DNA from: an uncultured Eubacteriales bacterium
Lineage (GTDB): Bacteria; Bacillota; Clostridia; Christensenellales; DTU072
Direction: 5' to 3'
Assembly: GCA_949292905.1 (NCBI GenBank)
Contig: CASFAV010000006.1
Location: 67,456-131,455 of the forward strand
DNA length: 64,000 nucleotides
Shown here: positions 15,716-25,223 of the stretch, in pieces
Layout of the letters: each line of letters opens with the position of its first letter
Position numbering within the stretch: position 1 is the first letter of the stretch
Notes under the pieces: generated by a model
Database searches by the model: none
What the model was told of the DNA's origin: nothing
The model's input: only the letters and a program-made list of their open reading frames with translations
Made by a program: the position numbers and the translations under genes

Positions 15716-16729
15716 ATGAAAAAGCTTGTTAAATACATATCGATATTGCTCCTCGCGGCGACGTTGACGGCGTGCTCTTTTGCACTCGTCGCCTGTAAAG
15801 ACAAGGAATTTACTCTCGAACATTCTTATGCCGAGGTGTACGCGAGAGGAGAAGTTACTCTGGAAGCGGATTCCGACTCCTTCCGCATACTTAAAATAAA
15901 CGACACTCATTTGATAAGCGGCTCGACGAGGAAAGACAAGAAAACGCTCGCGGAACTCAAGACAGTTCTCGACGGAACGCAATTCGATATGATAATACTC
16001 GACGGGGATATTTTCGAAGGCTACAACGCGAAACTTTCCTTCGACAAACCGGCGGCGGCAAAAACGGTGGGAGATCTGATAGACGGTTACGGCAAACCCT
16101 GGACCTTCGCGCCCGGCAACAACGACGGTCAGCGCGGAGGCTCAAACGAGGACATTATCGCTTATTGGCTCGGTTACGGGCATTTCCTTGCGGGGAATAC
16201 GGAAGGTATCAACGGCGCCATGCAGTTCTTCATCGATATAAATTACGAAGGGCGTCCCGCACACAGCATTGCGATAATGGATTCGCTTTCGCTCGACGCA
16301 GACGATAACTACGATTATATCAAACGCGATCAGATAGAAGCCCTTATCGCGGGGATAAGGGAGAGAAGTACTCTCGTAAGCATATTCTTTCATATGCCCA
16401 CGCCCGCATTCAAGAAGGCTTATACCGAAGGCGAACCATACGGGAATTTTCCGTTTTCCGACGAATACCCCGTGGACGACATTCCGGGCAACGCTCTTTT
16501 CGACGAATTGACCGCGGATATAGATAATATAGGGCTTATTTCGGTAGGACACGTGCACAGTAACAATATGGCGTATTATTATAATAACCGTTACTATCAG
16601 CTGAGCAGTCTCGGCGGCTACGGCGCGGTGGGAGCGAACAAGACATCGCCGTCCTATACCATGACGACGGTTGACCTTACGGCAACCGACTCACGCGCCG
16701 CGTACGTCTTCGAAAAGCTGTCGGCTTGA
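15716..16729 (+). CDS. lipoprotein metallophosphoesterase
   Basis: Lipobox LTAC. Motifs INDTHL, LDGDIF, GNNDG and GHVHSN. Confidence 0.85.
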   Translation: MKKLVKYISILLLAATLTACSFALVACKDKEFTLEHSYAEVYARGEVTLEADSDSFRILKINDTHLISGSTRKDKKTLAELKTVLDGTQFDMIILDGDIFEGYNAKLSFDKPAAAKTVGDLIDGYGKPWTFAPGNNDGQRGGSNEDIIAYWLGYGHFLAGNTEGINGAMQFFIDINYEGRPAHSIAIMDSLSLDADDNYDYIKRDQIEALIAGIRERSTLVSIFFHMPTPAFKKAYTEGEPYGNFPFSDEYPVDDIPGNALFDELTADIDNIGLISVGHVHSNNMAYYYNNRYYQLSSLGGYGAVGANKTSPSYTMTTVDLTATDSRAAYVFEKLSA

Positions 16730-16746
16730 AATATCGCGGAGGATAT

Positions 16747-18054
16747 ATGAAAACCGTTTATACCGGATGTGATCTTATAGACGTCGAAAACGGATGCGCC
16801 GTCGTCGGAAACGTAGACATATACGTAGCGGACGGCAGGATAGCAAAGATCACGCCGCACGGCGAAACAGAGGAAGGCTATCGCAAAGAAGATATGACGG
16901 GACTTTACGCGGCGCCGGGACTCGTGAACGCGCACGCTCATCTTTTCGGTACGGGAAGACCGTCGAAAGCGTTGAGCGGCGGGAGCGCGCAACGTCTGCT
17001 AATCAAGCTCGTTTCCACGCGCTTGGGTAAGTCGGTTCTCGCTAAGCTTGTGGAAGCTTCGGCGCGCAACGAGCTTTTATCCGGTGTTACCGCACTGCGC
17101 GCGGTGGGCGATCTGAAGTATTCGGACGTAGCGCTCAAGAAGCGTATCAAACAAGGAAAAAGTAAAGTCAGGGGTCTCAGAATACTGGTTTCGGGACCCG
17201 CTATAACCGCTCCCGGAGGTCACGGCGACGGAACGTTCGCCGATTCCGCGGATACTCCGGAAGGGCTTAAAGCGCTTGTGGACGACCGTGCGGACAATGG
17301 CGTCGACCTTATCAAGGTGTGCGTCACGGGCGGCGTTACCGATTCGAAAAAGCGGGGCGAACCGGGCGAGCTCAGGATGACCTACGAACAAGTGAAAGCG
17401 GTGTGCGATAGGGCGCACGAGAGAGGGCTCAGGGTGGCGGCGCACGCCGAATCCGCTCCCGGCGCGGAGCTGTCGGCGCGTGCGGGCGTAGACACGATCG
17501 AGCATGGCGGCAGACTGAGCGAGGAAGCTTTCCGTATGCTCGAGGAGCGCGGCGGCGCGGTGGTGGCTACCTATTCTCCGGCGATACCTTGCGCGAAGCT
17601 TCCCGCGGAGATAACGCGCTTGAGCGACATGGCGGCTTACAATTCCGAGATCGCCGCCGAAAACATGACTGCGGCGTGCCTGCAGGCTTTCGAAGGCGGC
17701 GTCGAAGTCGGTATGGGTACCGACGCTTCCTGTCCGTTCAGCACCCAATACGGAATGTGGCGCGAAATAGAATGGTTCGCTTTGATGACGGGCGAGGGCG
17801 CCGCGCGCGCTTTCGTAACGGCTACGGCTGGCAACGCGCGCGTGCTCGGCATTTACGACGAAACGGGGTCGCTTACCGTGGGCAAGCGCGCCGATATCAT
17901 ATTCACTTCCGCGAACCCTGCGGAAAACGCCGCGGCGTTATGCGAGCTCAAAGCGGTGGTCGCGGGCGGCAGACTCATCAGAAACCCGCGTCCGAAACGT
18001 ATGCCTCGGCTCGACGCCGTACTCGACAAACTTGCGGAGGAAATGAGAAAATGA
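16747..18054 (+). CDS. amidohydrolase-family metal-dependent hydrolase
   Basis: GLVNAHAHL metal motif plus ...AAHAE..., IEHG and GTDA. The start is uncertain: ATG at 16747 (Shine-Dalgarno spacing only 3 nt) or TTG at 16726. Confidence 0.85.
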   Translation: MKTVYTGCDLIDVENGCAVVGNVDIYVADGRIAKITPHGETEEGYRKEDMTGLYAAPGLVNAHAHLFGTGRPSKALSGGSAQRLLIKLVSTRLGKSVLAKLVEASARNELLSGVTALRAVGDLKYSDVALKKRIKQGKSKVRGLRILVSGPAITAPGGHGDGTFADSADTPEGLKALVDDRADNGVDLIKVCVTGGVTDSKKRGEPGELRMTYEQVKAVCDRAHERGLRVAAHAESAPGAELSARAGVDTIEHGGRLSEEAFRMLEERGGAVVATYSPAIPCAKLPAEITRLSDMAAYNSEIAAENMTAACLQAFEGGVEVGMGTDASCPFSTQYGMWREIEWFALMTGEGAARAFVTATAGNARVLGIYDETGSLTVGKRADIIFTSANPAENAAALCELKAVVAGGRLIRNPRPKRMPRLDAVLDKLAEEMRK

Positions 18055-19022
18055 ATTACGCTATAGACAAGAGCATGACCGTGATATTGAACGGCGACGC
18101 GCAGAATATCCGCATACGCGCCGCGAAAGAGGGATTGAGACCCATCCTGTTTCTACACGGCGGGCCGGGCGTTTGCGACCGTCACTGGGTATTGAAATAC
18201 CAATCCGCTTTCGCCGAGGAGTACACGATGGTGTGCTGGGATCAGCGCGGATCGGGGAAAAGCTACCGCAAAAGCATTAAAGACGAAAAACTGTCCGTAG
18301 ACGTTTACGTCGAGGACGCACGGGCGCTCGTGGAATTTCTGGTAAAAAAATTCGGATACGACAAAATAATCGTTGCGGGACACAGCTGGGGCACGATAAT
18401 CGGTACGGCTCTCGTCAGTCGTTATCCCGAGCATATCGCCGCGTATATCGGGCAGGGACAATTCGTGAACGGAACGGAAAACGAGTGGCGTTCATACCGA
18501 TTCTGCGCGGAAGAAGCGGAAAGGCGCGGTGACGCCGCGGCGGTGAAAGCGTTGAGAGACGCCGAACCCAAGGACGGCGTATATCCTTCGCACAAAGCGA
18601 TGATGCTGCAGCGCAACTATCTTTCGAAATACGGCGGATCGGAGTATCGCGAACATAAAGGTATGATAAGGTCCTTACTCATACCGTTACTGAGATCGGA
18701 TGAATATACCCTGAAGGAAATAGCCGATTACGCGAGGGGGGCGATGTATCTTACCGACGTGTTGTGGAGCGAGGTGGTAGCGCTCGAATTCGACAGAAGC
18801 GTGCGTAGCCTCGAAGTACCGTTGATAATCACTCAGGGCAGGCACGACTACAACACGCCTTCGTCGATAGCGAGAGAATGGTTCGACGCTCTCGACGCGC
18901 CGTTCAAGAAGTGGATATGGCTCGAGAATTCCGCTCATTCTCCGATAAAAGAGGAGCCGGAAATTTGGGGAAAAGCCGTGCGCGCGGCGCTCAGGGAGGC
19001 AATTAAAACCGTCGAAAGTTAA
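18051..19022 (+). CDS. alpha/beta hydrolase (proline-iminopeptidase-like)
   Basis: LFLHGGPG, WDQRGSGKS and GHSWG motifs. The ATG at 18051 overlaps the upstream stop (ATGA). The 5' part of the 477-aa track ORF is Arg-rich out-of-gene read-through. Confidence 0.85.
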   Translation: MNYAIDKSMTVILNGDAQNIRIRAAKEGLRPILFLHGGPGVCDRHWVLKYQSAFAEEYTMVCWDQRGSGKSYRKSIKDEKLSVDVYVEDARALVEFLVKKFGYDKIIVAGHSWGTIIGTALVSRYPEHIAAYIGQGQFVNGTENEWRSYRFCAEEAERRGDAAAVKALRDAEPKDGVYPSHKAMMLQRNYLSKYGGSEYREHKGMIRSLLIPLLRSDEYTLKEIADYARGAMYLTDVLWSEVVALEFDRSVRSLEVPLIITQGRHDYNTPSSIAREWFDALDAPFKKWIWLENSAHSPIKEEPEIWGKAVRAALREAIKTVES

Positions 19023-19051
19023 AATATGCGGAGAGATATCGGGGTATTTTA

Positions 19052-19080
19052 TTGACCTCAACCCGTAAACATGTTATAGT
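19052..19080 (+). promoter_or_regulatory. sigma-70-type promoter
   Basis: TTGACC, 17-nt spacer, TATAGT. Confidence 0.6.
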
Positions 19081-19123
19081 AATTACAATCCGTAATTAAA
19101 TCTTAAGTGGAGAACGGCTGATT

Positions 19124-20734
19124 ATGAGTAATAATATGGGGCAAGCGGGACTTGCCGAAACCAGGCACTTCGACGACTTGCTCAATAAAAAATATCTGGG
19201 CAAAAAGGATTATATTTGGTTTTCGCTCACGATGTTTGCGTCAAGCGCTATAACGGGTATGCTTCAGGGATACCTGTTATTTTTCTATACCGCCATAATG
19301 AATATACCGCTCGGAGCTGTCGGAACGATGTTCCTCATCGCTAAAATATGGGACGGCGTAAACGATCCGATAATGGGCGCGATAGTGGATAAGACGCGTA
19401 CCAAAATGGGTAAGATGCGCCCGTATCTCCTCTGGGGAAGCATTCCTTACGCCTTGCTCACGATACTCTTGTTCATCAACTGGAGAGGTATGAGCGAGGG
19501 CGGTAAGATAGCTTACATGTATATCACGTATATATTGATAACCACTGTGGGCACCGTAGTCGCGGTCCCGCTCGGCGGGCTTCCCACCGTCGTCTCGCCC
19601 AACGTGGACGAACGTACCAAAATGATCTCGATAAGTCGTATACTCGGTTCGATAGGGGAGCAATCGGCGCTCGTGCTCATTTCTTTGGGACTCATCGTCA
19701 CCGACAGCAATTACGAGCTTACTTATACGGGTACCGCGGTCATCATAGGCGTTATAGCGCCGATATTCATGGTGATAAGCGCTCTTACGCTGCGCGAACG
19801 TATAGAACCCACTTCCGAAACTCCCAAACTCAGAGAAGGTTTCGCGTATCTGTTCAAGAACAAACCTTTCTTCATATTAATATTTGCCAATCTTCTGACA
19901 TTCTTCCGCAACCTCGTCTCGGCGTCGATAATATACGTCGTCTGTTACATATACAATAACGGTTCGTTACAGATAGCGTTCGCGCTTCCCGGCGCGATAG
20001 CCTCGATGCTCGGAATGCTTTTCGCGCCGAAGCTCAAGCGGATGTTCAATGCCAAGCAGCTGTTTATCATAGCCACGATATGGCATTCCGTATGTCTCGC
20101 CATCGTGTTTGCGATGGGCATGAATACTCCGTGGTATATCGTAGCGGGAGTTATGTTCGTCACGATGCTTCCCGTGGGCGTATTGAACGTCGTGCCGCAC
20201 CTGATGGCGGCGGATACAATAGACTATTGGGAGCACAAGACAGGTCAGAGACAGGAGGGTATCACCTACGCTCTGATGGGGCTGAGAAGCAATATTTCGA
20301 GCGGATTGAAAGACTATTTCCTTACGTTCCTGCTCTCTTACTTCCTTTTCAGTCAGCCTCTCGGTTTCATAGACGGGCACGAGCCCGTCCAGTCCGAATA
20401 TACGAAACAGGGGTTATTCGCTATTTATACGATAATCCCCGCCGTGCTCAACCTCGTGAGCATATTGCCTATGATCTTCTATAATCTTACGGGCGAAAGG
20501 ATACATAAAATACAGGCTGAGCTTGCCGGAAGGCACGAGGCGGAGAAGCTTGCCGCAGAGCGCGCCGAGGGCGAATCGCTCGAGCCCCCCGTCGCGGTCG
20601 GCGCCGCGTACGGAGCGGAGGTGCTTCTCGACGAAATAGCCGTGGAAAACAGAGTCCCCGAGGGCGTTTCTGAGGAGACAGAGGCGATAGCCAGAGCGGC
20701 GAGTACCGTTTCCGGAGGTGGCGACGATGAATAA
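19124..20734 (+). CDS. glycoside-pentoside-hexuronide (GPH):cation symporter family transporter with acidic C-terminal tail
   Basis: The IAKIWDGVNDPIMGAIVDKTRTKMGKMRPY motif is typical of MelB/YicJ-type GPH carriers. About 12 TM segments, plus a hydrophilic tail of about 70 aa. Confidence 0.88.
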   Translation: MSNNMGQAGLAETRHFDDLLNKKYLGKKDYIWFSLTMFASSAITGMLQGYLLFFYTAIMNIPLGAVGTMFLIAKIWDGVNDPIMGAIVDKTRTKMGKMRPYLLWGSIPYALLTILLFINWRGMSEGGKIAYMYITYILITTVGTVVAVPLGGLPTVVSPNVDERTKMISISRILGSIGEQSALVLISLGLIVTDSNYELTYTGTAVIIGVIAPIFMVISALTLRERIEPTSETPKLREGFAYLFKNKPFFILIFANLLTFFRNLVSASIIYVVCYIYNNGSLQIAFALPGAIASMLGMLFAPKLKRMFNAKQLFIIATIWHSVCLAIVFAMGMNTPWYIVAGVMFVTMLPVGVLNVVPHLMAADTIDYWEHKTGQRQEGITYALMGLRSNISSGLKDYFLTFLLSYFLFSQPLGFIDGHEPVQSEYTKQGLFAIYTIIPAVLNLVSILPMIFYNLTGERIHKIQAELAGRHEAEKLAAERAEGESLEPPVAVGAAYGAEVLLDEIAVENRVPEGVSEETEAIARAASTVSGGGDDE

Positions 20735-21611
20735 GCGTTTCAAACTCGTGGCGATAATTCTGGTAGCGTTGACCGTAGCGGGCGTGCTTGCGGGCTGTAA
20801 CGTGAAAGCGGGGCAGGAGGCGGGTATCATATCGGACGCCGTAGCGGCGACCAAAGCCGCAGGCTTCAACGTAAAATTCGACGTCGAAGTCAGCACGCTC
20901 GTACTTTATCCCGGCAAACAGCTCGAAAAATATACCAAGGAAGCGGACGAAGCAAAAAAGACGCCTTACTGCTTCAGCGACGATCCCGTCGTCAACCGCG
21001 AGATGGGCATAAACCGCACCAACTGGGAGGATGAGGACAGCACCGAATGGGTGACGTACACATATTCCTACGATTTGGTGTATTCGGGCGGTTACGGCGG
21101 TAGCGCCAACTTGAAAAAACCGCAGGAAAAAGATCCCGTGAGCGGAGAAGCCGTCGAGGGCAGCACGGAATCCACGGAGCCGTACGGAGACCTGAGCTGG
21201 CTTGAGGACGTATTTGCGTTTTCGGTGGCTTCGACGGATACGTCGTACGTCGAATACACCGGCGTTAAACGCACGGGAAAAAGCATAATACGCGCCGAAA
21301 TCACCCGTATTTTACTTGACGACGGCAGTTACGCCGTGGTACAACAAGACGGAACTTTCGTAAAGGCGGACGGCACCGTGCTCAAGAAAGCGGGCTCCGA
21401 GGAATACGCCTTTACCGAAGGTATAGAGCAACTCGTCATCGACCGCGTCGACTACACCGTAAGCGACGGTAAGATAGAGTCGATAGAATTCTACAGCGAA
21501 ACTATAGGTTACAAAGAATGCGACCAACGTAATTACCTTAAATCCGGTAGGATATATACCGCGTATAAGGCGATGATCGTCGGGCGTACTCACGCAATAA
21601 TAAATTTCTAA
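20727..21611 (+). CDS. lipoprotein of unknown function
   Basis: Lipobox LAGC after a hydrophobic h-region. ATG at 20727 has GGAGGTG 6 nt upstream and overlaps the transporter stop by 8 nt. Confidence 0.7.
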   Translation: MNKRFKLVAIILVALTVAGVLAGCNVKAGQEAGIISDAVAATKAAGFNVKFDVEVSTLVLYPGKQLEKYTKEADEAKKTPYCFSDDPVVNREMGINRTNWEDEDSTEWVTYTYSYDLVYSGGYGGSANLKKPQEKDPVSGEAVEGSTESTEPYGDLSWLEDVFAFSVASTDTSYVEYTGVKRTGKSIIRAEITRILLDDGSYAVVQQDGTFVKADGTVLKKAGSEEYAFTEGIEQLVIDRVDYTVSDGKIESIEFYSETIGYKECDQRNYLKSGRIYTAYKAMIVGRTHAIINF

Positions 21612-21623
21612 AAAGGAGTTACT

Positions 21624-22496
21624 ATGAAAGATTTTAGCGGTGTGTACGCGGCACTGTTGACCGCGTTCGATGCAAAAGGCGCCGTCAATTTCGACGCAGT
21701 AGGCAAGCTCGTTGAGCGCAATATCGCTTCCGGACTGGACGGAATGTACGTCGCGGGAAGTTCGGGCGAGGCTATCCTCATGAGCGAAGAAGAGCGTATA
21801 GCCATACTCGAATTCGTGGCGAAAAAGACCGCAGGCAGAGTTAAACTCATAGCGCACATCGGTTCCGCTTCGACGGACAGCGCCGTGAGAATGGCGAAAT
21901 GCGCCGAGAAATTCGGCTACGACGCGATAAGCGCGGTCGCACCGTATTATTACGCTTTCTCCAAGGAAGCCGTCAAAGGATATTATTCCGACATCATCAA
22001 CAGCACGAGCCTTCCGATGATCATCTACAATTTCCCCGGCGCCAACGGCTTCGGCGGAATGCTCGAACTCGTCGACGAGCTTATCGACAATCCCAAGCTC
22101 ATGGGCGTTAAGCACACTTCCGTCAACCTCTTCGACCTCGAACGCTTCAAACACCTCAAGAAGCCTCTCGTCGTTTTCAACGGCTACGACGAGATGCTCA
22201 TCGCGGGGCTTTCGATGGGCGCCGACGGCGGCATAGGCAGCACCTACAACTTCCTCGGCAAAGAGATCGTCGCTATTTATAAAGCGTTCAAAGCGGGCGA
22301 CCTGAAGACCGCTCAGGAGATCCAGACTAAAGTCAACCGTATCATCGAGACGATGATACCTTACGGCGTATTCGCTATGGAGAAAGCCGTACTCACCGAG
22401 CTCGGAATACCCATGGGCGATTGCCGCAAGCCTTTCCTCCCGCTCAGCGAGGAAGGCAAAGCCGCCGCGAAGAAGATCGCCGCGGCTCTCAAATAA
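21624..22496 (+). CDS. nanA: N-acetylneuraminate lyase
   Basis: Collinear with E. coli NanA as I remember it: AALLT.FD, GSSGEA, KLIAH.G, NGYDE, GADGGIGSTYN, CRKPF. Confidence 0.85.
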   Translation: MKDFSGVYAALLTAFDAKGAVNFDAVGKLVERNIASGLDGMYVAGSSGEAILMSEEERIAILEFVAKKTAGRVKLIAHIGSASTDSAVRMAKCAEKFGYDAISAVAPYYYAFSKEAVKGYYSDIINSTSLPMIIYNFPGANGFGGMLELVDELIDNPKLMGVKHTSVNLFDLERFKHLKKPLVVFNGYDEMLIAGLSMGADGGIGSTYNFLGKEIVAIYKAFKAGDLKTAQEIQTKVNRIIETMIPYGVFAMEKAVLTELGIPMGDCRKPFLPLSEEGKAAAKKIAAALK

Positions 22497-22514
22497 CCTT
22501 CGTATCGCAAAAAC

Positions 22515-22546
22515 AAAAGCGGCGTCCCGTAGGACGCCGTTTTTTG
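22515..22546. terminator. bidirectional terminator between convergent nanA and the hemolysin-III gene
   Basis: AAAAGCGGCGTCC-CGTA-GGACGCCGTTTTTT. Confidence 0.85.
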
Positions 22547-22583
22547 TAAAAGCAAACCTCTTACGCGCTTGCGCGCGCAGAAT

Positions 22584-23243
22584 TCAGAACAAATATACCG
22601 TTCCGGTCATAAAAAGCACGGGACCTATCAGCGTGAGGATATGGAAAAACGTGTGCGCGTAGCGCAGGTTTTTCAGGCAATAGGGGAGGATACCGAGCAC
22701 GCAGGAAGCGAGCGCCGCGGCGTATATCCAAGTGGTTTCGGCGGGGATAAGATCTGCGTTCACGCAGAATGCGGACAATCCGAGCGCTCCGATAACGACG
22801 TTGAACACAACGCCGAGCTTTTTGAATTTCATCAGATCGATAAAGCAAAGCGTCGCGTCGAGGGCGCATATCGCAAGACAGAGCGCAAGGCTCACGTAAT
22901 TCCAGAAATGCGTGCTCAGCATGAGCATGTACGGCACGCTGCACGCCGTTACGAGCAGACCGATGTTGGCGTGGTCCAATTTGCGTGCGATACGTTTATA
23001 AGATTTTACGGTCAGCGCGTGGTAAACGCAGGAGGTGGTATATACGAGCATCGCCGCAAGACACATGAAAAGCGCCGTCGCCACCTGTGCAAAGGTCGTT
23101 GCGACTATCAGGAAATAGATCATGAAAGCCAACGCTATCGGCGTGCCGATACCGTGAGTGATCGCGTTGGCGACTTCTTCCCGCGGAGTGTAGTACTGAA
23201 GTTGCATCGCTTCGTACTCGGCGCGTATGTCGGCGTTACTCAT
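22584..23243 (-). CDS. hemolysin III / PAQR family membrane protein
   Basis: 219 aa with 7 TM segments. N-terminal REEVANAITHGIG motif. AAGGAGGA Shine-Dalgarno site. Confidence 0.88.
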   Translation of the reverse strand: MSNADIRAEYEAMQLQYYTPREEVANAITHGIGTPIALAFMIYFLIVATTFAQVATALFMCLAAMLVYTTSCVYHALTVKSYKRIARKLDHANIGLLVTACSVPYMLMLSTHFWNYVSLALCLAICALDATLCFIDLMKFKKLGVVFNVVIGALGLSAFCVNADLIPAETTWIYAAALASCVLGILPYCLKNLRYAHTFFHILTLIGPVLFMTGTVYLF

Positions 23244-23437
23244 AATGGGATTCCTCCTTACGGCGTTCGTTAAGATTATATAACAGACGTTGCGTAAATG
23301 TCACTTTCGCGAGCATATAAATATTATTTTCCCGCAAAAATTTTTCCGTTATGACGATCGTTTCTCACGGCTCGCGCCGCGCGACGGGAAGAACGGATAT
23401 TATTTTTTTCAGGCGAATATTTTTTTCTTCGAAACGG

Positions 23438-23466
23438 TTGACAAAATTCCGGCGCGGTGGTTTAAT
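23438..23466 (+). promoter_or_regulatory. sigma-70-type promoter of the Fur-family/rubrerythrin operon
   Basis: TTGACA, 17-nt spacer, TTTAAT. Confidence 0.55.
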
Positions 23467-23480
23467 AGTAATAGTTACTG
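23466..23480 (+). promoter_or_regulatory. candidate Fur/PerR-box operator
   Basis: AT-rich imperfect 7-1-7 inverted repeat TAGTAAT-A-GTTACTG, abutting the -10 element. Confidence 0.35.
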
Positions 23481-23497
23481 ATAGCAATAGGGAATAC

Positions 23498-23890
23498 ATG
23501 CGTAATACGGTTCAGAGAGATTTGATATACAAAGTGGTGTGCGATTCGTCGGACCATCCCGCCGCGGAAACGGTCTATTCGAGGGCGCGCGCCGTCATGC
23601 CGAATATCTCTCTCGGCACCGTCTATCGCAATCTCAAATTGCTTGTGTCCCTCGGCAGGATACGCGAAATACCGCTTGCTTCCGGAGGAAGCAGATTCGA
23701 TAAGACCGTGATGGCGCACGCGCATTTTCGTTGCAGGGTGTGCGGCGAAGTGACCGACGCGGAAGTGAACTCTGTAGATTCGCTCGCGGCGGAGTTGAGA
23801 GCGGGCTCCGGATTCGAAGCGGAGAGCACCGAAGTAATGTTCACCGGGATATGCGCTAAGTGCAGGGAAAAGGAGAAGAAAGCCGTATGA
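23498..23890 (+). CDS. Fur-family transcriptional regulator (PerR-like by context)
   Basis: 130 aa with ...TVYRNLKLL..., [10 protein letters not shown]...CAKC. ATG at 23498. The upstream part of the track ORF has no homology-like features. Confidence 0.85.
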   Translation: MRNTVQRDLIYKVVCDSSDHPAAETVYSRARAVMPNISLGTVYRNLKLLVSLGRIREIPLASGGSRFDKTVMAHAHFRCRVCGEVTDAEVNSVDSLAAELRAGSGFEAESTEVMFTGICAKCREKEKKAV

Positions 23891-25077
23891 ATATCATGAA
23901 TTACATCACCTACGGGCTGTACGTGCTGTCCGTCAGAGAGGGCGATAAAGACAGCGGTTGTATGATCAACACGCTGTTGCAGCAGACTTCGCAACCGGAG
24001 CAGGTGAGCGTGACGGTCAACAAGGCGAATTATACCGCCGAGATACTTATGCGCACCCGTAAGGCGAGCGTCGCGATGTTGTCCACGGCGACGACTTTCG
24101 ACTTTATCAAAGGCTTCGGCATGCGCTCCGGAAGGGATTCCGACAAGTTCGAGGGAGTGGAAGCCAAACGCGCGGAAAACGGGATTTTGGTACCCACGGC
24201 AAGCATAGTCGGATACCTGAATATCGAAGTTAAGGAAACGCTCGATCTCGGTACGCACATACAGTTTCTGTGCGGCGTGACGGGTTCGGAGGTGTTCGGC
24301 GGAGAGCCGCTCACATACGCTTACTATCACGCCAACGTCAAGCCTCGTCCCGCGGCGCAGGCGGGCTCGGACGATTACGTGTGCACGATTTGTGGTTACG
24401 TCAGGAAGGGAAAACCCGAAGCGGATTACGTCTGTCCGATATGCAAGCACGGCGCGGAAGTGTTCGTGAAAGCGGACGGCGCAGCCGGGAATGTAAAAGA
24501 AAAAATAACCTCTAAAGGAGAAACAAAAAATATGGCAAAATTCGTATGTACAGTATGCGGTTACGTTCACGAGGGCGACAGCGCGCCTGAGTTCTGCCCG
24601 ATCTGCAAAGCTCCGGCAGAAAAATTCGTTAAGCAGGAAGGCGAAATGACCTGGGCTTCCGAGCACGTGGTCGGCGTCGCCAAAGGCGTAAGCGAAGACA
24701 TCATCATGGATCTCAGAGCCAATTTCGAAGGCGAGTGCAGCGAAGTGGGTATGTACCTTGCTATGGCGAGAGTGGCTCATCGCGAAGGCTATCCCGAAGT
24801 CGGTCTTTACTACGAGAAGGCGGCTTGGGAAGAAGCGGAGCATGCCGCCAAATTCGCGGAGCTTCTCGGAGAAGTCGTGACCGACAGCACCAAGAAGAAT
24901 CTCGAGATGCGCATCGAAGCCGAGAACGGCGCGACCGCAGGTAAGACCGACCTTGCCAAACGCGCGAAGGCTCAGAACCTCGACGCCATTCACGACACCG
25001 TACACGAGATGGCTCGCGACGAAGCGCGTCACGGCAAAGCTTTCCTCGGTCTGTACAACAGATATTTCAAAAAATAA
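23887..25077 (+). CDS. fusion protein: flavin reductase-like domain + rubredoxin + rubredoxin + rubrerythrin (diiron ferritin-like) domain
   Basis: 396 aa. Residues 1-160 form the flavin-reductase-like domain (YGLYVLS...MINT). Rubredoxin CxxC pairs are CTIC/CPIC (aa 166-186) and CTVC/CPIC (aa 221-240). Diiron ligand motifs are EGECSE, EEAEH, E..ENGA and DEARH. ATGA overlap with the regulator gene. Confidence 0.85.
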   Translation: MNIMNYITYGLYVLSVREGDKDSGCMINTLLQQTSQPEQVSVTVNKANYTAEILMRTRKASVAMLSTATTFDFIKGFGMRSGRDSDKFEGVEAKRAENGILVPTASIVGYLNIEVKETLDLGTHIQFLCGVTGSEVFGGEPLTYAYYHANVKPRPAAQAGSDDYVCTICGYVRKGKPEADYVCPICKHGAEVFVKADGAAGNVKEKITSKGETKNMAKFVCTVCGYVHEGDSAPEFCPICKAPAEKFVKQEGEMTWASEHVVGVAKGVSEDIIMDLRANFEGECSEVGMYLAMARVAHREGYPEVGLYYEKAAWEEAEHAAKFAELLGEVVTDSTKKNLEMRIEAENGATAGKTDLAKRAKAQNLDAIHDTVHEMARDEARHGKAFLGLYNRYFKK

Positions 25078-25105
25078 GTCGGTAGCCGTACGACCGACTA
25101 ACGGG

Positions 25106-25134
25106 GAGCCGCGCGCGAGCGCGGCTCTTCTTTT
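25106..25134 (+). terminator. intrinsic terminator
   Basis: GAGCCGCGC-GCGA-GCGCGGCTC followed by TTCTTTT. Confidence 0.75.
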
Positions 25135-25177
25135 GCGCGCAAACCGCGCGCACGTATAAATTCGCACGCCGTAATTC

Positions 25178-25206
25178 TTGACAACGCGCGCGTAAAAGTG
25201 GATAAT
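25178..25206 (+). promoter_or_regulatory. sigma-70-type promoter of aroB
   Basis: TTGACA, 17-nt spacer, GATAAT. Confidence 0.6.
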
Positions 25207-25223
25207 AAATCAAACGAGGAATT

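Noticed and set aside
23623-25167. Very long antisense or alternative-frame ORFs. Examples: 293-1222, 1284-2726, 4555-5550, 14693-15982, 23623-25167, 29368-30954, 31073-32074, 32744-33727, 34316-35467, 41996-43033, 43555-44748, 45518-46690, 46768-47940, 58033-59328, 59568-60842.
   Set aside because: Each mirrors a well-supported gene on the other strand or in another frame. Their translations are Arg/His/Gly-rich and low in complexity, with no family motifs and no Shine-Dalgarno sites. This is typical of GC-rich coding DNA.
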